From contig OY969695.1 of assembly GCA_963701965.1 (NCBI GenBank), positions 4,096,001 through 4,160,000 on the forward strand: DNA of 64,000 nt, given 5' to 3'. Made by a program: the position numbers and the translations under genes. This document shows, one piece after another, positions 9,716 through 20,992 of the stretch (positions are counted from its first letter, which is position 1; each line of letters starts with the position of its first letter). The notes beneath the pieces were generated by a model. It was given only the letters and a program-made list of their open reading frames with translations. It was not told the DNA's origin and made no database searches. The stretch comes from an uncultured Gemmatimonadales bacterium. Its GTDB lineage: Bacteria; Gemmatimonadota; Gemmatimonadetes; Gemmatimonadales; Gemmatimonadaceae.

Positions 9716-11283
9716 GTGGCCACTCGAAACACCGGGATCGCGTGCGCTTTGCCCTTGAGATCCATGGGCGGGCGCTCGTCGAGTGGCGGCGGGGCCCGCA
9801 TGGCGCGCCGCATGGCGTCGGACAGCAGGATCTCGCCGGCCTCGGCCGCCGCGCACAGGCGGCTCGCGGTATTCACCGTGTCGCCGATGACGGTGAACTC
9901 GAGCCGGCGTTCGGAGCCGATGTTCCCGGCGAAGGCCTCGCCGAAATTGAGTCCGATCCCGATGCCGAGCGCGGGCCGGCCTTGTCCGCGCCACTTGATG
10001 TTGAGTTGCTCCAGCGCCCGCATCATGTCGATCGCGGCGCGCATCGCCCGGTCGGCATCGTCGCTGGTGCCGATCGGCGCCCCCCATTGGGCCATGACCG
10101 CGTCGCCCATGAACTTGTCGAGCGTGCCGCCGTGGCGGAACACGCAATCGACCATCTCTGTGAAGTACTCGGAGAGGAGCGTGGCCATGTCGTCGGGCCG
10201 CATAGTCTCCGACAAGGCCGTGAACCCGCGGATGTCGCTGAAGAGCACCGCGATCGGTCGTTTGTCGCCGCCGAGGCGCACGGCGTCGGCTGAAGTCGCG
10301 ATGCGGGCGGCGAGGCTCGGCGCGAAGTAACGCTCGAAGTTGCTGCGGACGATCAGCTCCTGCCGAATGCGCTCGGAGAACTGTCCGTTCTCGATCGCCG
10401 CGGCCGCGATCGAGGCGAACGCGATCAGGAAGTCGAGGTCATCCTCTTGGAACCGGTGCGTCGACGTGACATTGTCGGCGTACAGGACGCCCAGCACCTT
10501 GCCCTCGTTGCCGACGAACGGCGCGCACATGGTCGATCGCACGCGCTGCATGAGAATCGACTGGCCGCCGAACCGCAAATCCTCCGGGGCATTGTCGGAC
10601 AGGATCCCGACTTTGTCCTGCACGGCCGTCCGCACGATGGACTGGGGCACGGTGCGCTGCGCGGCCGTCCCGTGGCGATCCCGGGAGACTTTGGGAACGT
10701 GTTCTCCCTTCGCGTCGGTCAGGAGGATCGACACGTAGTCGACATCGAAGATCTGGAGGCAGAATCCCGCGATCGTGTCCAGCAGCGCGCCGGTATCCAC
10801 GGTGCGGGTCAGTCCCTTGGACACTTCCAGCAGCAGGGCGAGCTTCTTCGCCGCCTGCGGCTCGGTGCCGGGCTCTCCCGGCGGATGCGTGGTCGCCAGC
10901 GGCACGCCATCGGATGGCAGTTGGCGCACGATCGTCGCACCGCGCGGCGGTGTCGCGGGCGCCGGCGGGGGGACCACGTGCTCCAGCGAGGGCGTGAGTT
11001 GCATCACGCGGAACGGGACTTTGCCAAACGACACCACGTCGCCCGACGTGAGGCGCGCCGCGTCGATCCGCGCGCCGTTCACGTAGGTGCCGTTGCTCGA
11101 GCCCAGGTCCTTGACATCGACGCCGTCGTCCGTCGCCACGAGCTCCGCATGGCGGCGCGAGATCGTCGGGTCGAACACCGGGATGTCACTGGTCAGCGCG
11201 CGCCCGACGACCAACGTCGAGCCGGCCGGCAAATCGAACGTCTGCTCGCCTTCGCCGGCGACGCTGGTCAGCTTGTACGGCAT
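9712..11283 (-). CDS. FHA-GAF-class III adenylate/guanylate cyclase
   Basis: FHA (VGR...ISRRHA...DLGSSNGTYVNG), GAF (RSTMCAP...GVLYADN), cyclase (VLFSDIRGFT, LDKFMGDAVM, FTVIGDTVNTASRL). Confidence 0.92.
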   Translation of the reverse strand: MPYKLTSVAGEGEQTFDLPAGSTLVVGRALTSDIPVFDPTISRRHAELVATDDGVDVKDLGSSNGTYVNGARIDAARLTSGDVVSFGKVPFRVMQLTPSLEHVVPPPAPATPPRGATIVRQLPSDGVPLATTHPPGEPGTEPQAAKKLALLLEVSKGLTRTVDTGALLDTIAGFCLQIFDVDYVSILLTDAKGEHVPKVSRDRHGTAAQRTVPQSIVRTAVQDKVGILSDNAPEDLRFGGQSILMQRVRSTMCAPFVGNEGKVLGVLYADNVTSTHRFQEDDLDFLIAFASIAAAAIENGQFSERIRQELIVRSNFERYFAPSLAARIATSADAVRLGGDKRPIAVLFSDIRGFTALSETMRPDDMATLLSEYFTEMVDCVFRHGGTLDKFMGDAVMAQWGAPIGTSDDADRAMRAAIDMMRALEQLNIKWRGQGRPALGIGIGLNFGEAFAGNIGSERRLEFTVIGDTVNTASRLCAAAEAGEILLSDAMRRAMRAPPPLDERPPMDLKGKAHAIPVFRVAT

Positions 11284-12800
11284 GCGGCCCGTACTTGTCC
11301 GATCGCCGTGAGCAGCGCCCGCAGCTTGTTCGCCGTCTCATCCCACTCGCGCGCCGGGTCGGAGTCGGCGACGATGCCCGCCGCGGCTTGCACGGACGCC
11401 GTGCCATTGGCGATGATGCAGGTCCGGATCGTGATCGCGAGATCCATGCGCCGGTTGCCGGCCGCGATGTAGCCCACGGCTCCGCCGTACGGGCCGCGCC
11501 GCTGGCGCTCCAGCTCGTCGATGATCTCCATGGCCCGCACTTTCGGCGCTCCCGTGAGCGTCCCGGCCGGAAAGGTGGCGCGGAAGACGCCAAGGGCCGT
11601 CCCGTCGCCGGCGACCGTGCCCTCGACCTGACTCACGATATGGAGCACGTGGGAATAGCGCTCGATCCGCATCAGCTCCGTCACCTCGACGGTGCCGAAT
11701 TCGGCGATCCGGCCAATGTCGTTGCGGCACAGATCGACGAGCATCACGTGCTCGGCCCTCTCTTTCTCGTCGGCGAGCAGTTCGGCGCTCAGCGCCTCGT
11801 CCTCGGCCGGCGTCTTTCCCCGCGGGCGCGTGCCGGCGATGGGCCGGAGCGTCACCCGTCCGTCCGCCACGCGCACCAGCACCTCGGGCGAGCTGCCCAC
11901 CAACTCCACGCCGTCGAGCACCAAGTGGTACATGTACGGCGACGGATTGATCGCGCGCAGCGCGCGGTACAGTGCCGCCGAAGAGAAATCGTGCGGCACA
12001 TCGATCCGCCGGCCGAACTCGGCCTGAAAGCAATCGCCGGCGTAGATGTACTCGCGGAGCTTCTCGACCCCGGCCATGTACTCATCGCGCTCAATCGTCG
12101 TCGTGCCGACGGCCGGGGGGGCGTCGAAGTCGAGGTCCAACGGCGCGAGCGCCTCCGGCGCTCGCAACCGTTCCATGGTCGACTCGATATCGGCGATGGC
12201 CCGGTCATATTCGCGGGCCACATCGCAGTCCGGTGCAACGGGCACACTGACGACGACGCGCGCGCGCGCGCGCAGGTTGTCGATGATGACCACGGCCCGC
12301 GTGAAGACGAACACCGCGTCGGGGACGTCGACGCCGCGGGGTGGTGGAGAGGGCAGGTGCTCCAGATAGCGCACGACGTCGTAGCCGAAGTAGCCCACGG
12401 CTCCGCCCCAGAACGCCCCGAGCTCGGGATCGAGATCGGCCATCGGCGGCGGTGCGTCACGCGCGATCAGGGATTCGAGATCGGCCAGCGGGTCGGCGGG
12501 CCGCCGGGCGCCGTGCCATCCGCGTCGAGGCGTCCAGTCCTCGACACGCCCGTCCGTGAGCCGCCAGGCGGCGCGCGGCTCGGTGCCCATGAACGTGTAG
12601 CGCGACCACATCTCCCCGCCGGCCGGGGCCGACTCCAGCAGGAACGCGAACGGCCCGCGCCGGAGCTTCGCGAATGCCGAGACCGCCGTGTCGGTATCCA
12701 GGAGACAATCGCGCCACACCGGCACGATGCCGCCGCCATTGGCGGCCGCCGACGCCGCCAACGCGCGAAAGCGCTCGAACCCGGGACGATCTGCGCTCAT
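11268..12800 (-). CDS. trpE: Anthranilate synthase component I
   Basis: FLLES, INPSPYMY, PIAGTRPRG, DEKERAEHVMLVDL, FPAGTLTGAPKVRAM, ETANK. Confidence 0.93.
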   Translation of the reverse strand: MSADRPGFERFRALAASAAANGGGIVPVWRDCLLDTDTAVSAFAKLRRGPFAFLLESAPAGGEMWSRYTFMGTEPRAAWRLTDGRVEDWTPRRGWHGARRPADPLADLESLIARDAPPPMADLDPELGAFWGGAVGYFGYDVVRYLEHLPSPPPRGVDVPDAVFVFTRAVVIIDNLRARARVVVSVPVAPDCDVAREYDRAIADIESTMERLRAPEALAPLDLDFDAPPAVGTTTIERDEYMAGVEKLREYIYAGDCFQAEFGRRIDVPHDFSSAALYRALRAINPSPYMYHLVLDGVELVGSSPEVLVRVADGRVTLRPIAGTRPRGKTPAEDEALSAELLADEKERAEHVMLVDLCRNDIGRIAEFGTVEVTELMRIERYSHVLHIVSQVEGTVAGDGTALGVFRATFPAGTLTGAPKVRAMEIIDELERQRRGPYGGAVGYIAAGNRRMDLAITIRTCIIANGTASVQAAAGIVADSDPAREWDETANKLRALLTAIGQVRAACRTS

Positions 12801-12830
12801 GGCTTGGATGGAGGCGTATATTTGCGCGTC

Positions 12831-14888
12831 ATGGTCGCGAAGGTGCTGGTCGCCGGCGCATGCGTGTGCGCATCCGCGGCGGGCCTACTCGCCGGCGCGG
12901 CGCCGGCTGCCGCGCAGGTTTGGAACAGCGCATCGGCGCGCGCCCTCATGCAACGCGCCACCGATCTCCGGGCCCGCCAGCTGGCCGATACAGGACTCGT
13001 CGACTATCACGCGACGGCCCACGGCTACGTGATGTTTCTGGCGCAGCTTGGACTTGGCCTCAGTGAGCCGCCGAAGATCGTCAAAGCCGACCAGCTCGCG
13101 CTCGAAGTTTATTGGCACGCGCCCAATTTCAGCAAGCAGATCATCCAGGGCCGGCGCGACACCCTGCTGCTGCCGACCGACATCGTGTACCACCGCGACC
13201 ATCTGGGCATCGTCCAGAATAATTTCCCGAGTGCGATCCGTCTTGGGGAAGGGGACGAGGTCCGCGACGTGCCGCATCCGCTGTCCGTCCCCGGACTGGC
13301 GCTGTACGATGCGGCCATCGCCGATTCCGTGCGCGTGACCTTGCCGCCGCCGGCGGCGCCGATCACCGTCTACCGCGTGCTCGTGCGGCCGCGCGACGAC
13401 CGGCGCCCGGGCATCGTGGGGGCCATCTATATTGAGCCGCACGGCGGACAAGTCGTGCGCATGGCCTTCAGCTTCACACGCGCGTCGTTCCTGGACGCCG
13501 ATCTGGAAGACATCTCGGTCGTGCTGGAGAACGGCCTGGTCGAAGGGCGATTTTGGCTCCCGCTCCGCCAGGAGATCGAGATCCGGCGCACCGGCACGTG
13601 GTTCGACCTGCCGGCCCGGGGCATCATCCGCGCGCGCTGGGCGATCTGCTGCTACACGATCAACCACGGGCTCGACCCGCTGGTCATGGTCGGCGGCCCG
13701 GAGATCGTCTCGATGGACTCCGCCGCCCTGCGGCGATACCCGTGGCACGGCGATATCCTCGACTCGCTCCCCTCCGACGTGCGCGTGGCGACCGATGCGG
13801 ACGTCGCCAAGGTGCGCGACTACGCGCGGACGCTGGTGCGCGGCGAAGCGCTGGCTCGATCGCACGAGACGGCCCTCTCAGTGCGGTCGATCTCCGACTT
13901 CGTCCGGGTCGACCGGGTGGAGGGACTGGCGCTGGGCGCCGGCGCCACGCAGCGACTGGGCGAGGGGTTCGCGGTGACGGGCCGGGGACGGTATGGCCTC
14001 TCCGATCACCAGGCCAAGGGAGAGGCCGACGTCGCCTGGCACCGCGCGGACGGCGGTGGCCTCACCCTGTCCGCCTACCGGGCCTTTCGCGAGGCGGGCA
14101 ATGTCCCCGAGGTGTCGGGTTTCGTGAATAGCCTGGCCACCCAGGAGTTTGGCGCCGATCACACCGATCCCTACGACACGAGAGGCTTTGGGCTGGCGCT
14201 GGATGCGCCCCGGTGGGGCGGCCTCGTGTGGCGGTTGGGCGTCTGGCGCGAAGCCAACGACGCGTTGCGGGTCCACGCCAGTCCGACCTTCGGAGCCTTT
14301 GCCCCCACGATCCCGGCGGTGTCGCTCTGGCAGACTCTCCTGTCATTGGATGTGTCCCGTCCCACCGCACCCGGTCCCTTTGGGACCGAAGTGCGCTGGG
14401 ATGCCGACCTGCGTGGCGGCTGGTACTCGGCCACGGCACCTGGGAGCTACGCTCGGGCCAGTGTGGGCCTCACGGTCGAGCGCCCGGAAGGCGCCGATCG
14501 GCTGGTGACCAGGACGACCCTCGCGGGCATCACTGCCGGCGACGTGCCGATCCAAGACAACGTGTACCTCGGCGGTCCGGTGACGGGGCCCGGATACGCC
14601 TTCCACGAGTTCGTGGGCCGTGCTGGGGCGTCCGAACACGTGGAGTGGCAGTTTCCCATCCCGGCGCCTGGCCTCGTTCTGGGGCGCTACGGAACGTCGC
14701 CGCGCTCGGCCACCGTGGCGCCGTTCGCGCACCTCGTCTACACCAGCCCGTCCGGCTGGTACCCATCGGTCGGCCTCGGGCTCGCGGGCCTGTTCGATTT
14801 GGTCCGCTTCAATGTTGCCCGTGGTCTCCGCGGGGGATCGTGGACGTTCGCCTTTGATCTGGGCCGCGAGCTGTGGCCTGTCCTGTAA
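12831..14888 (+). CDS. Hypothetical outer-membrane protein (N-terminal periplasmic domain plus C-terminal beta-barrel-like region)
   Basis: Signal peptide (AAA-Q). RVDRVEGLALG motif begins an alternating beta-strand region that ends in aromatic-rich strands. Confidence 0.65.
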   Translation: MVAKVLVAGACVCASAAGLLAGAAPAAAQVWNSASARALMQRATDLRARQLADTGLVDYHATAHGYVMFLAQLGLGLSEPPKIVKADQLALEVYWHAPNFSKQIIQGRRDTLLLPTDIVYHRDHLGIVQNNFPSAIRLGEGDEVRDVPHPLSVPGLALYDAAIADSVRVTLPPPAAPITVYRVLVRPRDDRRPGIVGAIYIEPHGGQVVRMAFSFTRASFLDADLEDISVVLENGLVEGRFWLPLRQEIEIRRTGTWFDLPARGIIRARWAICCYTINHGLDPLVMVGGPEIVSMDSAALRRYPWHGDILDSLPSDVRVATDADVAKVRDYARTLVRGEALARSHETALSVRSISDFVRVDRVEGLALGAGATQRLGEGFAVTGRGRYGLSDHQAKGEADVAWHRADGGGLTLSAYRAFREAGNVPEVSGFVNSLATQEFGADHTDPYDTRGFGLALDAPRWGGLVWRLGVWREANDALRVHASPTFGAFAPTIPAVSLWQTLLSLDVSRPTAPGPFGTEVRWDADLRGGWYSATAPGSYARASVGLTVERPEGADRLVTRTTLAGITAGDVPIQDNVYLGGPVTGPGYAFHEFVGRAGASEHVEWQFPIPAPGLVLGRYGTSPRSATVAPFAHLVYTSPSGWYPSVGLGLAGLFDLVRFNVARGLRGGSWTFAFDLGRELWPVL

Positions 14889-14915
14889 ACAAGCGAGTCC
14901 CTTAGCTTTGGTCCC

Positions 14916-15309
14916 ATGACGCCGGCTCCGCGCGCCGTCCCGCTAGTGCTCCTCGTCGAAGACGAAGAGACGCTGCGCCGTGTGCTGCGCAGCCTGCTGG
15001 AGCGCGACGGCTTCGATGTCGCCGAAGCCGGGGACGGTGTGCAGGCGCTCGAATGCGGTCGACCGCTTGTCGCCCGACGCGGTCGTGCTCGATCTCAACC
15101 TGCCGGTTCTCGACGGATTCGCGGTGCTCTCGCGGATTCGGACGCGCACGACGAGCGCGTCGCTCCCGGTCCTCGTGCTCACGGCCAACGCCAATGCCGC
15201 GTCCGAGGTGCGCGCCCTCAAGCTGGGCGCGAATGAGTTTCTCACCAAGCCTTTTCGGCCGCGCGCGCTGGGCGCCCGGCTCAAGGCCATTCTCTCCGGC
15301 GCGGAATGA
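14916..15309 (+). pseudogene. Single-domain response regulator (CheY-like) with a +1 frameshift near 15052 (possibly sequencing error)
   Basis: LLVEDE...GDGVQAL in one frame; PDAVVLDLNLPVLDG...LTA...FLTKPF in the next. One extra A in CTCGAATGCG separates them. Confidence 0.85.
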
Positions 15310-15770
15310 CCGATCTGGCCGTCGGGGTCGTCGACGTGTATCTCATCCGGCCCTACGCCGGCCCGTGGCAGGTGCTCGCGCTGCAAAGGGCGCGCGACAC
15401 GCGATGCCCTGCCAGTTGGGAGACGGTGCACGGGCATATCGAACCGGGCGAGCGCCCCGAGGTTGCCGCCGTCCGCGAGGTGCGCGAAGAAACGGGCCTC
15501 GTCGTCGACCGCCTCTACAACGTCACCGTGCAGCCTTTCTATCTGCACCGCTACGGCGCGGTGCAGTTGGCCGTGGTCTTTGCCGCTTTTGTGCGGGAGC
15601 CGGGCGCGGTGACGCTGGGCCCGGAGCACCAGCGGGCCGAGTGGCTCAGCGTCGACGAAGCCCGTACCCGATTCATCTGGCCGCGCTCGCGCGCGGCCCT
15701 GGAGGACATCGTGGTGCTCCTCGGCGCCGGCAATGCGGGCCCCGTCGAGGATGTGCTGAGAGTGCTTTAG
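15306..15770 (+). CDS. NUDIX hydrolase
   Basis: Nudix box GHIEPGERPEVAAVREVREETGL; EH...WLS. Confidence 0.9.
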   Translation: MTDLAVGVVDVYLIRPYAGPWQVLALQRARDTRCPASWETVHGHIEPGERPEVAAVREVREETGLVVDRLYNVTVQPFYLHRYGAVQLAVVFAAFVREPGAVTLGPEHQRAEWLSVDEARTRFIWPRSRAALEDIVVLLGAGNAGPVEDVLRVL

Positions 15771-16609
15771 GAGCGCTTCCGCGCCGTCGGCAGGCAGTCC
15801 TCGCCGGTGAAGTCCGGCGGGACATTGGGTTTGACCCGCACACTCTTGGCCGGGATCCCCACGTTGACGTGGTATGGCCGCACGTCCTTCGTAGCCACGG
15901 CCAGGGCGCCGACCATGCCTTGGCAGTTCACATGCACGCCGGCCAGAACCGTCGCGTGATACGTGATGCGCACGCCGTCATCGAGGCGGGTCACGGCGTT
16001 GGTGACGTCGCGGCCATCGACGATGCTGTGGGTGTGCGAATAGATGTTCGCATAATCGCTGATCGACACGTTGTTCCCGAGGATGATCCCCCCGCGATCA
16101 TCGAGGAGCACGTGCCGGTGGACGACGACGTTGTCGCCGATCTCCAGGTTGTAACCGAACGTGAACTCGACGTGCTGAAACGCCTTGAAGTTCTCTCCTA
16201 CGCGCTTGAAGATGTACGGCGCCAGCAATCGCCGGAGCCGGATACCGAGGTCCACGTTCTGGCCGCCGAGCGGGGTGCGGTCGAACGAATACCACAGCCA
16301 CAGCAGCGGCTTCACGGCGTTGAACCGGATCTCATCGCACTCGGCGTAGTACTCGGGTTCCAGCGTGACGTTGCGCGGATCGCACACCGAGAGCGCCAGC
16401 CGGGTCGCCAGCGGCACCGTCACATCCTGAACGGCCGTGTCGTAGTTATCCGAGTATGCCGGATACAGGAGATCGACCAGCGTGCGGCGGCACAGCACGT
16501 TCCGATCGGTGGACGGCTCGCTCAGCATCGCCGCGATCGCGCCGAGCCAAGTCTCTACGAGCTGTTTCGACGGGCGATCGGGGAGCGTACGCAGGGGGAG
16601 GAACGCCAT
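15767..16609 (-). CDS. Hexapeptide-repeat (left-handed beta-helix) acyltransferase
   Basis: IGDNVVVHRHVLLDDRGGIILGNNVSISDYANIYSHTH; VGIPAK. Confidence 0.85.
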   Translation of the reverse strand: MAFLPLRTLPDRPSKQLVETWLGAIAAMLSEPSTDRNVLCRRTLVDLLYPAYSDNYDTAVQDVTVPLATRLALSVCDPRNVTLEPEYYAECDEIRFNAVKPLLWLWYSFDRTPLGGQNVDLGIRLRRLLAPYIFKRVGENFKAFQHVEFTFGYNLEIGDNVVVHRHVLLDDRGGIILGNNVSISDYANIYSHTHSIVDGRDVTNAVTRLDDGVRITYHATVLAGVHVNCQGMVGALAVATKDVRPYHVNVGIPAKSVRVKPNVPPDFTGEDCLPTARKRS

Positions 16610-16624
16610 CCCGCAAGATAACGG

Positions 16625-17236
16625 CTAGCGTTCGACCAGGGCGACGATGGCCTCGGCCAGCTCGTGCCGTCCCGATCCGGTCACGGCGCTGAAAGAAATC
16701 ACCTGGTCGGCGTCCAGCGCCAAGTCGCGGGCCAGCGCCGCGACGCGCGCCGCGGCGGCGGTCGCGCTCAGCTTGTCGATCTTGGTCACGACGATGATCG
16801 TGGGGAAGGCGCCTTCGGCCAGGAAGTCGAGCATCTGGCGGTCGTCGTCGCTGGGCTCGCGCCGGACGTCGAGCAGCTGGACGACGCCGGCCGGCGCCGG
16901 GCTGCCCCGCAGGTAGCCTTCAATGAGCGGCCGCCACGACGACCGTTGCTCCTTGGAGACCCGGGCGTAGCCGTAGCCGGGCAGGTCCGCCACCACGAAT
17001 TGGCCGTTGACGCGAAAGAAGTTGATCTCCCGCGTCCGGCCCGGCGTGTTGCTGGTGCGCGCCAGTTTCTTGCGCCGCACGAGGCGATTGAGGAGCGACG
17101 ATTTGCCGACATTGGACCGCCCGGCGAAGGCGATCTCCGGCAGTTCGGGCGGCGGTCGCCACCCGCCGGGGGAAGCCATCCCGCCAATGAATTCGAGCGC
17201 GCGGATCGGGAGCGGGTCGCTCCCCGAATCGCTCAG
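16625..17236 (-). CDS. engB: Ribosome biogenesis GTP-binding protein YihA/YsxC (EngB)
   Basis: [39 protein letters not shown]. Start probably upstream of ATG 17179 (CTG 17236), since ..IRALEFIGG.. precedes it in frame. Confidence 0.92.
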   Translation of the reverse strand: MSDSGSDPLPIRALEFIGGMASPGGWRPPPELPEIAFAGRSNVGKSSLLNRLVRRKKLARTSNTPGRTREINFFRVNGQFVVADLPGYGYARVSKEQRSSWRPLIEGYLRGSPAPAGVVQLLDVRREPSDDDRQMLDFLAEGAFPTIIVVTKIDKLSATAAAARVAALARDLALDADQVISFSAVTGSGRHELAEAIVALVER

Positions 17237-19638
17237 TGGGTCACCGTGCCCGGCGCCGGCAGCGCGACCGCCCGCCGCGGAGCGGGTTGCCGCGCCGCCG
17301 GCGGCTCCGGCGCCGGACGCAAGGCCACGTGCAACACCTCGTCCATCGACTTGACCGTGTGAAACGTCGCCGCGGCCCGCACTTCCGCCGGCAACTCCTC
17401 GATCTCGCGCGCATTGCCGTGGGGCACGATCAGGTGGCGGACGCCGGCGCGGTGGGCGGCGACGGATTTCTCCTTGAGGCCGCCAATGGGCAGCACGCGG
17501 CCGCGCAACGTGATCTCGCCGGTCATGGCGAGATCGCCGCGCACGGGGCGGCGGGTGAGCGCACTCACGATCGCGGTCGCGATGGCGATGCCGGCGCTGG
17601 GGCCGTCCTTGGGCGTGGCGCCCGCGGGAATGTGAACGTGGATGTCCCGGGTCCGATAGAAGTCACGGTCGAGACCCAGTTCCCGGGCGCGGCGCCGCGC
17701 ATAGCTCAACGCCGCCGACGCCGACTCCTTCATGACGTCCCCAAGGGTGCCGGTGAGCTGCAGCTTGCCGCGTCCCCGCACGACGGTGACCTCGATATCG
17801 AGCGTCTCGCCGCCCACCGACGTATAGGCGAGCCCCCGGGCGACACCCACGACGTCCTCGAAGGAGAGATCGTCCGGATCGAAAGGCGCGGGGCCCAACA
17901 GCGCTTTCAGCTCGGTGCCGCGCACCGTGACGGGCGCGGTCGAATGGGTCTCGGCGCGGCGCCGGGCCAGCTTGCGCGCCACGCGCGCGATGCGCCGGTC
18001 GAGGTCGCGCACGCCGGCTTCGCGCGTGTATCCGCGCAGAATGCCCGGCAGCGCATCGGGTTCCCACGTCACGGCGTCGGCCGGCAGGCCGTTGCGCGAC
18101 AGCTGGCGCGGCACGAGGAACTGACGCGCGATGGCCAGCTTCTCGTGGTCCAGATACCCGGAGAGGCGCAACACTTCCATCCGATCGCGCAGCGGCTCGG
18201 GAATGGTGGCCAGCGAGTTCGCGGTCGTGATGAACAACACCTGCGACAGATCGTAGTCGAGCTCGAGGTAGTGATCGTTGAAGGCGCGGTTCTGCTCGGG
18301 ATCGAGCACCTCGAGCAGCGCCGCCGCCGGATCTCCGCGATAGTCGGCCCCGAGCTTGTCGATCTCGTCGAGCAGGATGACGGGGTTCACGACTTCGGCG
18401 CGTTTCATGGCCTGCAGGATCCGCCCGGGGAGCGCGCCAATGTACGTGCGCCGGTGACCGCGAATCTCGGCCTCGTCGCGCACGCCGCCCAGCGACATCC
18501 GGACGAATTTCCGGCCCAATGCCCGGGCGACGGACTGGCCCAGCAATGTCTTGCCAACGCCGGGAGGTCCGACGAGACAGAGAATGGGACCGTCCAGTCG
18601 TCCGACGAGCGCCAACACGGCGATGTAGTCCAGAATGCGGTCCTTGACGTCGTCGAGACCGTAGTGATCCACATCGAGCACCGCCCGGGCGTGCTCGACG
18701 TCGAGCACATCGTCCGTGCGCGCCGTCCACGGGAGCGCCATGAGCCAGTCGAGGTAGTTGCGCCCCACGGTCGACTCGGGCGACATCGGCGCCGTGCGCC
18801 GCAGCTTCCGGAGCTCGCGCCGCGCGCGCGCCGCCACCGGCTCGGGCAATCCGCGGCGCGTGATCTCGGTGTCGAGCTCGGCGAGATCGTCGCCTTCCTC
18901 TTGTCCGAGCTCACGGTTGATGGCCCGGAGCTGCTCCTGCAGGTAGAACTCGCGCTGGTTCTGGAACAGCGAGCCGCGGACGTCGTCGTCGATCTTCCGC
19001 TCCAGGCGCAGCAGCTCGATCTCGGCGCCGAGGACGCGAATCAACGCGGCCCACAGATCCCCGACGGCCGGGATCTCGAGGAGCGCTTGTTTGGCGTCGT
19101 GCCGCAGGATGAGGTGCGCCGCGATCGCCATCGCGCGCCGCTCGTCGGAGTCGATGGCCTGGACCAGCGCGACGACTTCGTCCGGAATGCGGCAATGCAG
19201 CGAGACGTACTCCTCGAAGCGCCCCATGGCTTGCCGGCTCTCGGCCTCCGGCGTGACGCCGATCAGCGGGGCCGGGGCGACAATGGCGCGCAGCAAACGC
19301 GCGGTCGGCATGTAGCGCGTCACGCGGGCGCGGGCGATGCCCTCGACGAGGACCTTGGCCGTGCCGCTGGGCAGGCGCGCGAACTGGAGAATGCGCGCGA
19401 CGATGCCGACCCGATAGAGGTCCGCCGCCGTGGGATCCTGGATCTCGCCGTTCTCCTGCGCGACCAGCAGGACGAAGTGATCCTTGGCCACCGCCGCTTC
19501 GACCGCCGCCAACGAGGCGGGCCGGCCGACCAGCAGCGGGATCACCACATGGGGAAAGACGACGACTTCACGCAACGGGAGTACGGGAAGCCGATCCTCG
19601 GTTGTGACGGGCTCGCCGTCACGCGCGAAGGTGGGAAC
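17233..19638 (-). CDS. lon: ATP-dependent protease La (Lon), copy 1
   Basis: LPVLPLRE N-domain, [37 protein letters not shown] and GGLKEK catalytic dyad. Start uncertain: in-frame GTT at 19638 after an AAGGAGG SD; first canonical start is TTG 19575. Confidence 0.95.
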   Translation of the reverse strand, partial: VPTFARDGEPVTTEDRLPVLPLREVVVFPHVVIPLLVGRPASLAAVEAAVAKDHFVLLVAQENGEIQDPTAADLYRVGIVARILQFARLPSGTAKVLVEGIARARVTRYMPTARLLRAIVAPAPLIGVTPEAESRQAMGRFEEYVSLHCRIPDEVVALVQAIDSDERRAMAIAAHLILRHDAKQALLEIPAVGDLWAALIRVLGAEIELLRLERKIDDDVRGSLFQNQREFYLQEQLRAINRELGQEEGDDLAELDTEITRRGLPEPVAARARRELRKLRRTAPMSPESTVGRNYLDWLMALPWTARTDDVLDVEHARAVLDVDHYGLDDVKDRILDYIAVLALVGRLDGPILCLVGPPGVGKTLLGQSVARALGRKFVRMSLGGVRDEAEIRGHRRTYIGALPGRILQAMKRAEVVNPVILLDEIDKLGADYRGDPAAALLEVLDPEQNRAFNDHYLELDYDLSQVLFITTANSLATIPEPLRDRMEVLRLSGYLDHEKLAIARQFLVPRQLSRNGLPADAVTWEPDALPGILRGYTREAGVRDLDRRIARVARKLARRRAETHSTAPVTVRGTELKALLGPAPFDPDDLSFEDVVGVARGLAYTSVGGETLDIEVTVVRGRGKLQLTGTLGDVMKESASAALSYARRRARELGLDRDFYRTRDIHVHIPAGATPKDGPSAGIAIATAIVSALTRRPVRGDLAMTGEITLRGRVLPIGGLKEKSVAAHRAGVRHLIVPHGNAREIEELPAEVRAAATFHTVKSMDEVLHVALRPAPEPPAARQPAPRRAVALPAPGTVTH

Positions 19639-20894
19639 TACGCCTCCTTCTTCTGCCGCTTGGGTGCGATCTCCAGCAGCGGCGGTGCAGCGTTGGTCAC
19701 CGTGGACTCGATGACCTTGACCTCGACGACGTCATCGCGACTCGGCAGGTCGAACATGATCTCGGTCAGCATCTCCTCGAGGATCGCCCGCAAGCCCCGG
19801 GCGCCGGTGCCGCGCTTGAGCGCTTTGTTGGCGATCGCCTTGAGCGCGCTCTCCTCGAACGTGAGCTTGACCTCCTCGAGGTCGAACAGCTTGGCGTACT
19901 GTTTCGTGAGCGCGTTCTTCGGCTCTTTCAGAATGCGGACGAGGGACTCTTCGTCGAGGGCTTCGAGCGGCACCGACACGGGGAGCCGGCCGACGAGCTC
20001 GGGGATGAGTCCGTACCGCAGGAGATCGTCGGGCTCGACGTCGGCGAACGGATTCTTGATCACGCGCTTGGCGTGAAGACCCAACGCGTCTTCCTTCGCG
20101 AATCCGATCTGCTTCCGGCCCGTGCGGGCCTCGATGATCTTCTCCAACCCGTCGAACGCGCCACCGCAGATAAACAGGATGTCCTTGGTGTTGATCTGGA
20201 TGTATTCCTGTTGCGGATGCTTCCGGCCGCCCTGCGGCGGGACGGAGGCCACGGTGCCTTCGAGGATCTTGAGGAGCGCCTGCTGCACGCCTTCGCCGGA
20301 GACGTCCCGCGTGATGCTGGGGTTCTCCGATTTGCGGGCGATCTTGTCGATCTCGTCAATGTAAACGATTCCGCGCTCACACTCGGCGACGTTGAAGTCG
20401 CCGGCCTGCAGCAACCGCACGAGAATGTTCTCGACGTCTTCACCGACGTACCCGGCCTCGGTGAGCGTCGTGGCGTCGGCGATCGTGAACGGCACATCCA
20501 GTATGCGGGCCAACGTCTGCGCCAGCAGGGTCTTCCCCACGCCGGTCGGCCCGATCAACAGGATGTTGGACTTGTCCAGCTCGACCTCGTCATCGCGCAA
20601 CGAGGCGGAATTGATGCGCTTATAGTGATTGTAGACGGCAACGGCCAGCGCTTTCTTCGCCCGCTCCTGCCCGATCACATATTGGTCCAGAACGTCCTTT
20701 ATTTCCTGGGGCGACGGGACCTGGGTGATCGCCTCCGCGACTTCGCGCTCCTCGTCCTCGGCGAGAATCTCGTTGCAGAGCGCAATGCACTCGTTGCAAA
20801 TGTAGACGGACGGTCCGGAAATGAACTTCCGCACCGAATCCTTGGACTTTCCGCAGAACGAGCAACGGAGGTGTTTGTCGTGGGACATGGGCAT
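19638..20894 (-). CDS. clpX: ATP-dependent Clp protease ATP-binding subunit ClpX
   Basis: CSFCGK...CNEC zinc finger, [35 protein letters not shown] loop. Confidence 0.98.
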   Translation of the reverse strand: MPMSHDKHLRCSFCGKSKDSVRKFISGPSVYICNECIALCNEILAEDEEREVAEAITQVPSPQEIKDVLDQYVIGQERAKKALAVAVYNHYKRINSASLRDDEVELDKSNILLIGPTGVGKTLLAQTLARILDVPFTIADATTLTEAGYVGEDVENILVRLLQAGDFNVAECERGIVYIDEIDKIARKSENPSITRDVSGEGVQQALLKILEGTVASVPPQGGRKHPQQEYIQINTKDILFICGGAFDGLEKIIEARTGRKQIGFAKEDALGLHAKRVIKNPFADVEPDDLLRYGLIPELVGRLPVSVPLEALDEESLVRILKEPKNALTKQYAKLFDLEEVKLTFEESALKAIANKALKRGTGARGLRAILEEMLTEIMFDLPSRDDVVEVKVIESTVTNAAPPLLEIAPKRQKKEA

Positions 20895-20992
20895 CCAATG
20901 GAGGCTGCCGAGAACTAACAGCCGTGCCGGAACGGGTCAAGCAGAGCGCAACCTGGCGTTTTCCTATAATAACAGTGCGGCGCCCGCGGCTA

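Noticed and set aside
11295..12830. 1197-aa ORF 11295-14888 as a single protein
   Set aside because: The first ~510 aa are the antisense shadow of trpE. The real gene starts at ATG 12831 with a signal peptide.
14916..15309. Programmed frameshift or true pseudogene in the response regulator
   Set aside because: No slippery run. The extra base sits in the same GATG context as other apparent errors, so an artefact is more likely; a real mutation cannot be excluded without reads.
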